Below, in pieces: positions 13,282 to 26,335 of a DNA stretch of 64,000 nt. The DNA lies in assembly GCF_001194135.2 (NCBI RefSeq), contig NC_068986.1, forward strand, positions 51,378,297-51,442,296, given 5' to 3'. The position numbers and the translations under genes are program-made. The DNA comes from Octopus bimaculoides. Taxonomy: Eukaryota. The notes beneath the pieces were generated by a model that saw only the letters and a program-made list of their open reading frames with translations, had not been told where the DNA came from and made no database searches. Every line of letters begins with the position of its first letter. The first letter of the stretch is position 1.

Positions 13282-13440
13282 GCACAAGATCCAAATTTTG
13301 AATGAAGCACAAAAGTTTCTCCTGCCATAACAAATGCTTCTGCATGTTACAAAGAAATTTATAGAGAGTGAAAAAATGCTTCTTCTAAGCAAACAACTCT
13401 AGACTTGTTTTTCAAAAAGAAATCTTTAAATCCGTCTAAA
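13282..13440 (+). mobile_element. Tigger/pogo transposase C-terminal remnant
   Basis: DPNFE*STKVSPAITNASACYKEIYRE*KNASSKQTTLDLFFKK resembles the Tigger C-terminus DPNxERxxKV...CYRxIYxEKK...QTSLDxFF. Confidence 0.6.
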
Positions 13441-13575
13441 ATGATCACATCTACAAGTAATGGTGTGTACAGGTCTAGTGCAAGTGAAAATGATTCAGAA
13501 AATTATCTTTTATTATAAATGATCTTGACATTCCTCTTACATTACATAAAACTTTCTTTACATTCTACTATTGTT

Positions 13576-13945
13576 GGAGGTGCAATGGCCCAGTGGTTAG
13601 GGCAGCGGACTCGCGGTCATAGAATCGTGGTTTCGATTCCCAGACCTGGCGTTGTGAGTGTTTATTGAGCGAAAACACCTAAAGCTCCATAAGGCTCCGG
13701 CAGGGGATGGTGGCGAACCCTGCTGTACTCTTCCACCACAACTTTCTCTCACTTTTACTTCCTGTTTCTGTTGTGCCTGTAATTCAAAGGGTCAGCCTTG
13801 TCACACTCTGTGTCACGCTGAATATCACCGAGAACTACATTAAGGGTACACGTGTCTGTGGAGTGCTCAGCCACTTGCACGTTAATTTCACGAGCAGGCT
13901 GTTCTGTTGATCGGATCAACTGGAACCCTCGTCGTCATACCAACA
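13576..13945 (+). mobile_element. tRNA-derived SINE, family A (full length)
   Basis: Near-identical to 4748-5111. 9-bp TSD actattgtt at 13567-13575 and 13946-13954. Confidence 0.9.
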
Positions 13946-14189
13946 ACTATTGTTTTATTGCCATTTATTTATGAGTATTATAAATTCTATTGGTAAAATA
14001 TTTTTCTGCGGACGAATTACAATTTATAACATTGCTACTATGGGCAGTTATTGTTCTGCTTTATGGGTATATCGAGGCATTACTGCATATCTATTATTGC
14101 TTGCCATTGATTGGATTGTTTCTTTGTTGGCTCAGCTCTAAAGGAATGTGGCAATGACTGTGTCCTTCATAAAGACTCTATCGATGAGA

Positions 14190-14490
14190 GAAACTGATAT
14201 CGTTAATGTTCCTCTTGAACCTTTACAAGTTAATAACTGCAAGAATGGCCAAAGGTGCATGGAAGCAGGAAAGAAGGAAGAAAGGAAGAAATGGGCATAT
14301 TGATGAGTGTATGGGGTCTTGGGTTTGATGGATGAGTGAACATGCCAAAGGTGCTTGATGAGAGGAGGAGGAACGATTTGTTGTGAAGCCCTGAGTAGAC
14401 GTGACATAAACTTAGTCAGCTTCCAAGAGTAGTGGCCCATTAGAGTACTGATATAAAAAGGAGAGAGAGGAGGCATCATCTCTGTGGGTC
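14190..14490 (-). mobile_element. decayed CR1/Jockey-type LINE 3' coding remnant
   Basis: LSPFY..GHYS..VPPPL..SSFFP..HLW resembles the LSLFYRYYHGHCS...SSFFPRTxxLWN C-terminal motif. Confidence 0.45.
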
Positions 14491-15429
14491 AGGGTTCAGA
14501 GGTCAAAGTGTGTTCTGTGAGTAACTTTATGCAAATAAGCCAAGTGACTCTCTATATTTTTTATTCTTTATTTCATTCTATTATCAGTTTTAGCCAGAGG
14601 CTGTGGGCATACTTGGGTACTGCATGGCACTTCTCAAACATTGCTTTTGCTTCATTAATCTTCATAAGTTCTTCATAATCTGACAAAGTTTAATCTTCTG
14701 GTGATTTTAGTGGAATAAACTTTGTTACAAGCCTTTAGGTTAGGTTCCTAGTATGAACATGACTTCTTCCATCAGTCATTCAGACCCTGTAGTGGGACAT
14801 TGGCACAACCCGGAGTTCTCTTCAAAAATAGATAAATAAATGGAAAACATCTAGGCATCATTCTTAATGAATAGACATTAAGAAAAACAAATTTAGTGTT
14901 GTATTCACTGGATTACTTTCGTCTGCCTCCGATATATATTTATTTTTAAACCCAACACGTTCATAAAAGATATTATCTCTGAATGAATACTACATTAAAT
15001 TGCATTTCAGGATGTATTTACATTAAGTATGAGTCATATATGGCTCTTTTAATCTGATATTGCTTCTGTTGATTATAACGAATATTCTATCAACTAGGTA
15101 GCAATTTGCAATACTTGTGATATCAATGGCAGCAAATTTCATGTAAGCACACCTTTGGTTGTGAGTACATGCTTTTGACAGCATATGATGAGGCAGAAAT
15201 GCATTAGTCATTCTCACCAGCCACTGCTGAAGGATTTTTGACTGTTTTTAAATACCTCACATCTCAGAATGAAAACTGTAGTAAATTCGCCTTTCATGTA
15301 TTTATATGAAGTATATATACCGATGGCTACTTTAATCAAATACTGCTTTTAGATGAAAAACATATAGATGGTTCAAGCAACTGAGAGAAATTTTATATGG
15401 TTGCTCAAAATTTTCCTTAAAATACACTT

Positions 15430-17206
15430 CCAGACAATAATACAGGAATTCAAGACAGGATGCCCCTGGGAGCTCCTCTATGCTGATGACCTTGCTCTAA
15501 TTGCTGAGTCACTATCAGAACTAGAGAAGTTTCAGGTGTGGAAGCAAGGATTAAAATTGAAGGGCCTTAGAGTCAACCTAGCTAAAACGAAAGTTCTAAT
15601 AAGTAGGAAGGTAGACAAACCACAAACCCCTTCAGGTAGATGGCCCTGCTCGATCTGTAGAAAAGGCGTAGGTAGAAACTCTATAAGATGTACCCAGTGT
15701 AAGCTATGGACACATAAGAGGTGCAGCAATATCAAAGTAAGGCTAACTAGGAAGATAGTTTTTGTATGTGGCAGATGCTCAGGCGCAATAAACACTGAAA
15801 ATGTGCAGAAAACAACTTCTGCCACATTCCAGGGAAAAAAACTAGAAGTAGTTGATAGCTTCCGTTNNNNNNNNNNNNNNNNNNNNNNNNNNNNNNNNNN
15901 NNNNNNNNNNNNNNNNNNNNNNNNNNNNNNNNNNNNNNNNNNNNNNNNNNNNNNNNNNNNNNNNNNNNNNNNNNNNNNNNNNNNNNNNNNNNNNNNNNNN
16001 NNNNNNNNNNNNNNNNNNNNNNNNNNNNNNNNNNNNNNNNNNNNNNNNNNNNNNNNNNNNNNNNNNNNNNNNTGACAAAGGGCCTCTCACTTAGAGTAAA
16101 AAGCAGACTGTATGATGTATGTGTACAAATAGCCATGCTACATGGCAGTGAAACATGGGCCATGACTGCTAAGGACATGTGTAAGCTCACAAGAAATGAA
16201 GCCAGTATTCTCCGATGGATGTGTAATGTCAGTGTGCATACTCGACAGAGTGTAAGTACCTTGAAAGAAAAGGTGGCCCCAAGAAGCATCAGTTGTGGTG
16301 TGGAAGAGAGACGATTGCACTGATATGGTCATGTGGCGAGAATGGATGAGGATAGCTGTGTGAAAAAGTACCACACCCTTGTGGTTGAGGGAACCTGTGG
16401 AAGAGGTAGACCCAGGAAGATCTGGGATGAGGTGGTGAAACATAACGTTCGAACTTTAGGCCTCACCGAGGCAATGACTAGTGACTGATACCTTTGGAAA
16501 TATGCTGTGCGTGAGAAGACCCAGAAAGCCAAGTGAGACCATAATCTGTGGCCTTTACCAGGGGTGTAACCAGCCCACTTATGCGTACCTTTCCTTCATT
16601 GGACACTAAACTCTGCTTGCAAAGACCTCTTGAGGCAAGTGAAATTGAAATCGAACCAAATTCGACGACTGGCACCCATGCCACCCTTTCCTTCATTGGA
16701 CACTAAACTCTGCTTGCGAAGACCTGTTGGGGCAAGTGAAATTGAAATCATAATTGAACCAAATTCGATGACTGGCACCTGTACCAGTGGAGCGCTAACA
16801 GCGCCATCCGAGCGTGATCATTGCCAGAGCAGCTGTCTGGCTTCTGTGCCGGTGGCACGTAAATAGCATTATTCAAGCATCATTGTTACCAGTATCGCCT
16901 TTCTGGCATGTGAAAAAACATTCGAGCAAGATCGTTGGCAGTGCAGGTGGCACGTAAAATACACCATTTTGAGTGTGGCCGTTGACAGTACCGCCTGACT
17001 GGCCCTTGTGCCGGTGGCACGTAAAAGCACCCACTACACTCTCGGAGTGGTTGGTGTTAGGAAGGGCATCCAGCTGTAGAAACTCTGCCAGATCAGATTG
17101 GAGCCTGGTGCAGTCATCTGGTTCACCAGTCCTCAGTCAAATCGTCCAACCCAGGCTAGCATGGAAAGCGGATGTTAAACAATGATGATGATGATGATGA
17201 TGATGA
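15430..17206 (+). mobile_element. 5'-truncated RTE-clade LINE (RT with PHD insert, C-terminus, long 3' UTR, (GAT)n tail); pseudogenised
   Basis: WELLYADDL (YADD at 15479-15490), LRVNLAKTKV and EVVDSF. After the gap: MLHGSETW, RLH*YGHVARM and GRGRPRKIWDEVV, with a stop at 16534-16536. Internal stop codons are present. The 3' end reads ggaaagcggatgttaaacaa(tga)n. Confidence 0.93.
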
Positions 17207-17486
17207 CACTGTATTCTCTTTATAAAGAGGTCAAAATGCAAGCACCTGGTAAAACATAAAGAGAAAATGGTCAAGACAATAGTACTTTTGAGTATAGGTC
17301 TGCACTATCTGGGTTGATTTGATGTTCATAAGCAGCAATGCAGCATTATTGATCTAGCAAATGAGTCATGATATGGTCTCCTCAGTCGCTAGAAATGGTG
17401 GCTTTATGTATCTCAAATCACAGCCTACATTCTTAAAAAAAGTAAAGACATTGAAAAATAGTCTATGTTAAAAAAATATATGACCT

Positions 17487-17905
17487 TTTACATGAACTGC
17501 AGCCATACTGGAGCATTGCCTTGAAGGACTTATTCTATCGGACTCTTTTGGCTGAATTGCAATGTTACAGAAACAAGCAAACCAACACCAGTTGTTTAGT
17601 TGTGAAGGTACTTATCCAGTTTCCGTCAAACCAAGTAATAGAAGAAACTTGCCCAGGGTACTTACAACCAACAGCATGCTCACATGAAATTTGCCGCCAT
17701 TGATATCACAAGTGTTGCAAATTGTTATCTAGTTGAAAGAATATTTTTTATGATCAACAAAAGCTATATTAGATTAAAAGAGCCATATATGACTTATACT
17801 CAATGTAAATACACCCTGAAATGCAAATTTATTTTAGCATTCATTCAGCATGTTATGCAGTGGAACTGAACAAGAAACTATGTGGTTGCAAAGCAAGGTT
17901 CTTAA
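17487..17905 (-). mobile_element. decayed OK-like SINE interrupted by a 190-bp insert
   Basis: The consensus cttgcccaagg|tgccacgcagtggg is split at about 17657/17851. Confidence 0.6.
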
Positions 17906-17947
17906 CTACACATAATAACATAATGTTTTAATATTTATAAACTTAGT

Positions 17948-18155
17948 AAGGCAGTGAGTTGACAGTATCGTTAACATGCAGGGCAAAATGCTTAGTGGCA
18001 TTCATCTTTACATTCTGAGTTCAAATTCTGCTGAGGTTATTTTTGCCTTTGATCCTTTCGGGGTCGATAAAATAAGTACCAGTTGAACACTGGGGTCTCT
18101 GTAATCGACTTACCTCCACCCCAAAATTGCTGGCCTTAAGTCAAAATTTTAAATC
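17948..18155 (+). mobile_element. family-B SINE
   Basis: Core cctttcggggtcgataaaataagtaccagttgaacactgggg. Confidence 0.8.
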
Positions 18156-18953
18156 ATTATTATTATGTAATAAAAATTATTTCTTAACATTTTCTGAATC
18201 TGCATTGTTTAAAACAGATATCAGAGAATGATTAAAAAAAAAAAGTTAGAGGCAAACAAAATATATAAAAAAAAATTAAGAATGTCTGAAAAATTGCCTT
18301 TTGCAGGAAGTGTCATTGGGGCTGTCTTCACTTCTTGCAGTATAAGGAGAATTTTTGTTTTCAAAGCTGGATAGTAAAAGTGCTTTCCACAGTTAATGGT
18401 AAGAAAAATTTTGTTCTACCCAGAAACACTGCAAGAAATTTCTAGTCGAATTGAACAAGTGACCTAAGAATGAGCTATCCAATAATGTGAACCATTCTGC
18501 AACACAGAGTCACAAAGTAGAGCTGTAGAGGGCATTGTGTGACAGTTAGGCATGTCACAAGTATTTCGTATTTCTTCAACATATCTGTTCATAAATCATT
18601 AAAGGCTTTGCTAATTATGAATGATTAAAAAGAAACAAAACAAAGAAAAACCAGAGATGGTCCATGTCAGCAAATACCCAACAGAATACAAACTTATACA
18701 GACATAAACTTAATTACAAGAATAAGAGTTGGACCCATACAGTCAATAATAGTATCTTCAGTTTCTTGGAACTCCAGGAACTCATTTATAAATGTAATGA
18801 AGATTACACACATGCAATGTATTCAAAAAGACAAGGTACCTATAATTATGTATCATTGCATTTGCTTAACATACTTACTCCTTCATTGAAAATTGAGGCT
18901 TCAGTCCAGTATGATTCTGAATTTCCAGTGCATATAAAACACACAGTGCAAAC

Positions 18954-19115
18954 ATGGCTGTATAGAAATGTGTTAAGAAAAGTGCTTTCCAACCATGTGG
19001 TTTCAGGTTCAATTCCGCAGTACAGAATCTTGGGTAAGTGCCTTTTGCTATAGCACCAGGATGACCAAAGCAAGTGTAAATTTGTTAGATGGAAACTGAA
19101 AGAAGCCCATTGATG
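18954..19115 (+). mobile_element. OK-like SINE head
   Basis: ccaaccatgtggtttcaggttcaattcc...gatggaaactgaaagaagcccat. Confidence 0.7.
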
Positions 19116-19363
19116 CTGATGATATATGTCTCCCATCCTTCTCCACAGATAGCTACTGTTGATTTCTTTCAGAGAGAAAGAAACAGACAAAAATAAAGAG
19201 TTGGAAAAAGAAAAGAATTAACTCAGGTCCATGACTTGTACTTTATGAACACCAAAATGATAAAATTCAAAGATGACCTTGAAGGGATTTAGATGTAGAG
19301 GGCAGAGAGGTGGAAAGCTTACTGCAAACTGCAAAAACCATCTGATACTTCAATGATATATAG

Positions 19364-19645
19364 GAAGGGCATCCAGCTGTAGAAACCCTGCCAAATCAGA
19401 CTGGAGCCTGGTGTTGCCATCCGGTTTCACCAGTCCTCAGTCAAATCGTCCAACCCATGCTAGCATGGAAAGCGGACGTTAAACGATGATGATGATATAT
19501 ATAATGATATTAATGAAGAGCAGGAAAACGGAGATTTGCCCATCCAAGTTTTATTATACAATTAATTACATTGTTCTTTGTCAAGACCTACATACAGGCT
19601 TTTCTACTGCATGCTGCAGCACACTGTTAAGCAATGTACCCTATG

Positions 19646-19687
<42 letters not shown>

Positions 19688-20076
19688 CAGCCCATGCCAC
19701 CTCCGTCCAACTCATGCCAGCATGGAAAACGGACGTTAAATGATGATGATGATGATGATATATATATCCATGGGCATCTGTGTACACTTGGCACATTGCT
19801 GTACTCAAAGAAACCCATCCACCACAATAGAATTGATGTCCTAAAACCACACTGCTAGGTAAAAAGCACTGATGATGGTGCAACATAAAAAGTACTGGTG
19901 TTGGTGCCATGAAAAAAAAGCACCCAGTAAACTCTGGTTGGCATTAGGAAGGGCACCTAGCTGTAGAAACCAAGTCAAAACAGACTATGGAACCTGGTGA
20001 GGCCCTTGGCCTTGCCAGCTCCTATCAAACCATTCAACCCAAGCCAACATGGAAAATGGGCATTAAATGATGATGA
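19364..20076 (+). mobile_element. three short RTE-type 3'-end fragments
   Basis: aggaagggcatccagctgtagaaac...catggaaagcggacgttaaacgatgat at about 19364-19500, 19688-19760 and 19915-20076. Matches the end of the LINE at 17050-17206. Confidence 0.8.
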
Positions 20077-20414
20077 CTATATATATNNNNNNNNNNNNNN
20101 NNNNNNNNNNNNNNNNNNNNNNNNNNNNNNNNNNNNNNNNNNNNNNNNNNNNNNNNNNNNNNNNNNNNNNNNNNNNNNNNNNNNNNNNNNNNNNNNNNNN
20201 NNNNNNNNNNNNNNNNNNNNNNNNNNNNNNNNNNNNNNNNNNNNNNNNNNNNNNNNCCTTGAAGGGTTTTAGTCGAATAAATTGATCCCAGGGCTTATTT
20301 CTTAAGCCTTGTACTTATTATATCAGTTTCTTTTGCTGAACTGCTAGGTTACAGGACATAGACATACCAACACCAGTTGTCAAGTGGTGATTGGGGGACA
20401 AACCCAGACACAAA

Positions 20415-20445
<31 letters not shown>

Positions 20446-20884
20446 ATGCAAGAGAGTTAGGGGTTGAGGCTTCAACCAACTAAGGGAGAGTATCTATCCA
20501 ATATACTGCTGGGAGGGTACCCAATTACTGTTACACTAGTGTTATACCAAGTGCAATAAGTGGGTGCGGGTAAAAGGGGGCTATTTTACCCTAAATTTAT
20601 ATATACATCATTTTCATCTGCTAATTACTCTGGTGCACAGGAGCTATAGAGATAGAATGTGGCATGCCAACGCTAGGCCGAAACAGCTGTAAGTTTCTGT
20701 ATATTCTCCAATTGCTAAATGTACTTTATATTTGTAACCTTAATTGTTGATATGACATGGTATGTCATAAGCATCTGTATATTGTGGTTTTTGTCATTTT
20801 AGTTATAAATAAACAAATTAATCAGCATAATACACTGTCTGCAAGTCGATGGATACCGCATATTCTCCTCCATTTTCTTATTGC

Positions 20885-20904
<20 letters not shown>

Positions 20905-20915
<11 letters not shown>

Positions 20916-21066
20916 AGTTTCTTTCAGTTTCTGTCTACTAAATCCACTCACAAGGCTTTGATCAGCCTGGTGCTATAGTAGAAGACACTTGTCCAAGGTG
21001 CCATGCAGTAGGACTGAACCAGAAACCATGTGGTTGGGAAGCAAGCTTCTTACCACACAGCCATGT
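20905..21066 (-). mobile_element. OK-like SINE head (body remnant at 20257-20410)
   Basis: tttcagtttctgtctactaaatccactcacaagg...gcaagcttcttaccacacagcc. Confidence 0.8.
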
Positions 21067-21102
21067 CTATACCTAAACAAAACTAGAAGACCAGCGATTG
21101 GA

Positions 21103-21168
21103 TGCTGAAACTCGGGATTGAACAGGGACCTTTAGATCTTCAGTCTAACACTCTCCCAGCTGAGCTAT
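21103..21168 (-). pseudogene. tRNA-Phe(GAA) pseudogene, 5' acceptor strand lost
   Basis: Minus strand ATAGCTCAGCTGGGAGAGTGTTAGACTGAAGATCTAAAGGTCCCTGTTCAATCCCGAGTTTCAGCA matches metazoan tRNA-Phe except for the first 6 nt, a 1-nt deletion and five transitions, three of them at CpG sites. Confidence 0.88.
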
Positions 21169-21366
21169 ATGTATATGTATTTTATATATTTCACTTAGGC
21201 ATAGAGTACTAATAATCTGTCATTAGAACTCAATATACAGATGCATCAGAAGAAAGCATTAGCAGATAAAGAGCATAATAAGAGATTAAATAAACAACAA
21301 GGAAATAAGAAATTATATGTATGTATGTATGTGTGAGTGTGAGTATGTGTGTGCATGTATGTATGT

Positions 21367-21660
21367 CTCTATTTTTTAATTATTATAAATCTTTCACTGA
21401 GGAGGGAGCTGGTTTCCAACAAAGATACAAAGCTCCATCTTTGGGATGTTGTTAACACAGACAAATTCACATTTGGTACTTGAGAAAAGTCTTGCATATT
21501 TTTACTGTTCCACTTATAGATTGCACTCATGATGTACAAATTTGTTGGTCAATTTCTCTTCCTGAAAATCTGTTTATCCAGATTCTCCTTTAAGCATTTA
21601 CTAACAAAACCTAGTGCTCCAATTATTATTGGTATGAATATGAATGCACAGTCTGGATAT
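21367..21660 (-). mobile_element. Dong/R4-type LINE 3' fragment
   Basis: Homologous to 52640-52940 (PIIIGALG...LQVQSISGTVKICKT plus 3' UTR). Confidence 0.75.
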
Positions 21661-22103
21661 GTGGAAGCGCAATGGCCCAGTGGTTAGGGCAGTGGACTCG
21701 CGGTCATAGGATCGCGGTTTCCATTCCTAGACCGGGCGTTGTGAGTATTTATTGAGCGAAAACACCTAAAGCTCCACGAGGCTCCGGCAGGGGATGGTGG
21801 CGAATCCTGCTGTACTCTTTCACCACAACTTTCTCNNNNNNNNNNGGCTCCGGCAGGGGATGGTGGCGAATCCTGCTGTACTCTTTCACCACAACTTTCT
21901 CTCACTCTTACTTCCTGTTTCTGTTGTACCTGTATTTCAAAGGGTCAGCCTCGTCACACTGTCTCACGCTGAATATCCCCGAGAACTACGTTAAGGATAC
22001 ACATGTCTGTGGAGTGCTCAAGCACTTGCACGTTAATTTCATGAGCAGGCTGTTCCGTTGATCGGATCAAATGGAACCCTTGACGTTGTGACGGAGTACC
22101 AAC
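21661..22103 (+). mobile_element. tRNA-derived SINE, family A (contains a 10-N gap with duplicated flanks)
   Basis: Near-identical to 13576-13945. 21778-21835 is repeated after the gap. Confidence 0.88.
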
Positions 22104-22906
22104 ATGTATGTATGTATGTATGTATGTGTGCATGCGTGTGTATGTGTGAGTGTATGTGTATGTGTGTGTTTGCTTACATATCTGCTCCCCATCACCAAAT
22201 CACTCAGCTATGGGTAGTGATATTAATGTGATTTTTCCTTGTTAATAAATCATCCATATTCAAAGATGTGTGGAATAAGGCAGATCTTGAAAAACAGGCA
22301 AGGATTTGCAACAAAAGACACATCCAGCAGTAACACAATGAATACTTCAACAATATATTTGTTCAGCCAATGCTAACTTAGAGAAAACTACCTCAGCTTC
22401 AAAGTGTCAAATAAATCTATAAACTCTTATGTGTATAGAATGCTTTTTAAACAATGGCAAAAAAAAAAATTTAAAAAAAATAAATAAACATATTTTCTTG
22501 TTAGATATTTAATTAATAACAATCCCAATTAATGTTTAAAATCAAGTTAAAATAAATAATAAAAAAAAAACGAGAATGCATCAAGCCAAAATCCCAATAA
22601 TAGAAGTTGAGTTATTGGCTATTTATATTTTTTTGACAGCAACGAAAACAATTGTTTATCCAAATTAATTGAGAAATACAAAAAATAAATGTGGAAAATA
22701 AATGAAAAAATGAATGGAGAGAGGAAGAGGAATAGAGAGAGAAAGAGAGAGCGAGAGAGAAAAAAAAAACAACAAAAGATCTTTTCAATTAAATATCAAT
22801 AAGTTTAATATCAAATTTGTTTGCAGAAATATGTAAGAGAAAATCCTAAATTAAAAAAAAAATCAATATATATATAGTCTATTAAAATAAGTCATATAAC
22901 ATAATT

Positions 22907-22961
<55 letters not shown>

Positions 22962-23681
22962 AAATATATCTATAAATTATAACATACAATACGTAAATAT
23001 AATAAATACACGTATATATGTATATTTATGTATGTATATATATGAATATTTATGTATGTATATATATATATTTATATATGTATGTATATATGTATATATA
23101 TATATATATGTATGTACGTATATATATATATATATATATNNNNNNNNNNNNNNNNNNNNNNNNNNNNNNNNNNNNNNNNNNNNNNNNNNNNNNNNNNNNN
23201 NNNNNNNNNNNNNNNNNNNNNNNNNNNNNNNNNNNNNNNNNNNNNNNNNNNNNNNNNNNNNNNNNNNNNNNNNNNNNNNNNNNNNNNNNNNNNNNNNNNN
23301 NNNNNNNNNNNNNNNNNNNNNNNNNNNNNNNNNNNNNNNNNNNNNNNNNNNNNNNNNNNNNNNNNNNNNNNNNNNNNNNNNNNNNNNNNNNNNNNNNNNN
23401 NNNNNNNNNNNNNNNNNNNNNNNNNAGAAGACAATTTTTGTTCAAACATAACTAAAACAAATATATAAACAAATATAAGTGTTTCACACTGGAAACAAAA
23501 AAAAAAACAAAAAAAATTAAAACAAATGAATTAAAATAATAATAATAATAAATAATAATGATAAATACAGAAAAGTTAGTATGTTTTTTTTATACCAATT
23601 CTCAAACTGACACACCTTGATAATTTAAAGAAAAGGATGTGGGGAGGGGAAAATAAACCATTGTGAAAACATATTTCCAAA

Positions 23682-23728
<47 letters not shown>

Positions 23729-23979
23729 AACGAGAGAATAGAAAGATAAAAAAGATTCAGGGTAAAAGAAGGAAACCCTCATATTATTAATATATTTTTT
23801 TGTTTGTTTAACACTGGAGTAAATACACAAGAAGCAAACAATATAAAAATCGTTTGACAATAGATGGGTTGTTTGATGGAGATGACATTGAGGTACATTT
23901 TTTTGTTTTTTGTTTTGATTTCTTTTTTCTCTTCCCCATATTTCCAAAGATTAAATTAAGTTCTTCCTTGTAGACCACT

Positions 23980-24028
23980 CACTACAGGTTTCTAATATAT
24001 ATTCCGGACAAAAATATCCTGGTGAGCT

Positions 24029-24123
<95 letters not shown>

Positions 24124-24225
24124 GTATGCGTATATTTACAAATATAGGTATATTTATGCATATATATATATAAAGAATGTATGTGTATATATACATATAT
24201 ATATATGTACATATATATATGTATA

Positions 24226-24260
<35 letters not shown>

Positions 24261-24535
24261 GTATATATATATATACACATACATATATATACATGTATAT
24301 ATATATACACATATATAAAAACACACATATATATACATATATATATGTATATATATACATATATATATGTATATATATATACATATATACAAATATATAA
24401 ACATATGTATGTGTATATATAAATATATATACACACATATACATATATATACACATATATATACATATACATATGCACATATATTTACGCACACACACAT
24501 ATATGTATATATACACATATAATTACATATATATA

Positions 24536-24606
<71 letters not shown>

Positions 24607-25019
24607 GTATATATATATATACACATACATATATATACATGTATATATATATACACATACATATATATACATGTATATATATATACACATATATAAAAAC
24701 ACACATATATATACATATATATATGTATATATATACATATATATATGTATATATATATACATATATACAAATATATAAACATATGTATGTGTATATATAA
24801 ATATATATACACACATATACATATATATACACATATATATACATATACATATGCACATATATTTACGCACACACACATATATGTATATATACACATATAA
24901 TTACATATATATAGACATATATATATACACATATATATATACGCACACACATATATGTATATATACACATATAATTACATATATATAGACATATATATAT
25001 ATACACATATATATATACG

Positions 25020-25062
<43 letters not shown>
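23980..25062. repeat. compound (TA)n/(CA)n microsatellite with a 378-bp higher-order duplication
   Basis: Markers such as atttacgcacac recur 378 bp apart (about 24483 and 24861). Confidence 0.85.
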
Positions 25063-25065
<3 letters not shown>

Positions 25066-25689
25066 AAGTTGAGACTTTACTGCTGCTACTCCAAGTTTCC
25101 CCATTTCTTTTCTTCACATATCTTTGTAATTTCTATGAAAGTTAGTTTTAAAATAATTTTTTTTCCCTTTTACATGTGTTTCTATATTCTTGAATAAAAC
25201 CCTTTAAAAAAAAAAAAGGATTAACGAATGAAAGATTTTTGTTAATAAATAAAACATAAAGGGGGTGTTAATAGATTAGTAAGTTACAAAAATTGTTTTT
25301 TTTTAAATTAAAAACCCGTGAGAAAGTATAAAGCTTACAAAAGAATACACACACACACGCGCACACGGAAAACAGAATCATGGAAGTGTGAAAAATGAAA
25401 GGTGAATGAAAGCAACAACGAAATTTCAAAGAAAATCTAGAGAATTAGAAAAAACGAAAAAAATAATTGTTTCAAATTTTGGTACATGGCTAGCAATTTT
25501 AGGGGATGTGGGCAGTGCCATCAAAGGCATGAGCTCACTAAGATGTTGCCCAGGTGTCTTGCAGATTTAGGGGCTTAATTCTGATCAATGTGTGTTGTGG
25601 GTTGATACCAATAAATTACTATAGGGTCTATTGCATTGATTTTCCCAGGGGCCAATAATACTGCTAAGACAACCCTGGAGCTGGGGTTT

Positions 25690-26335
25690 AGTCAAAACTC
25701 TAGTACTGGACTGGTACTTTAATTCATTACCCCAAAAGGTTCAAAGTCAAAGTTGACTTTGGCAGTATTTGAGCTCAGACTGGAAAGAGCTTGAAATAAT
25801 GCTGTGAAGTATTCTGTTTAATGCTCTAACAATTCTGCCCGCTTGCTGCCTTAACAGTAATAAGAACAGAAGTAATAACAATAATTCTTTAATATTTTGG
25901 CACAGGGTTAGTAATTTTAGGGAATGGGGCAAATTGATTACATCAACCTTAGTGCTCAACTGGTATTTATTTTATCAACCTCGAAGGGATGAAAGGCAGA
26001 GATGACTTCAGCAGCATTTGAACTTGGAACATAAAGAGCCAGTGAAAATGCCACTAAGCAGACAATGCCACAATAATAATTCTGCCAGCTGACTGCCTTA
26101 ATAATAAAATTCTTTTCTAACATAGGCACAAGGCCTGAAATTTTGTGGAGGGGGCTAGTTGATTACATCTACCCCAGTAATCAACTGGTACTTACTTCAT
26201 CAACCTTGAAGAGACCCTGAAAGGTTGAAAGGCAAAGTTGACCTCGGTGGAATTTGAACTCAGAACGTAAAGCTAGAAGAAATGCTTCTAAACATTTTGT
26301 CTGATGCATTAACAATTCTGCCAGTTTACTGCCTT
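25690..26335 (-). mobile_element. array of 3 decayed family-B SINEs
   Basis: The reverse-complement core gaaaggcaaagttgacctcggtggaatttgaactcagaacgt recurs at about 25690, 25895 and 26115. Confidence 0.75.

Noticed and set aside
21778-21903. Tandem duplication inside a SINE across a 10-N gap (similar at 30412 and 58155)
   Set aside because: Typical unmerged contig overlap, i.e. an assembly artefact.
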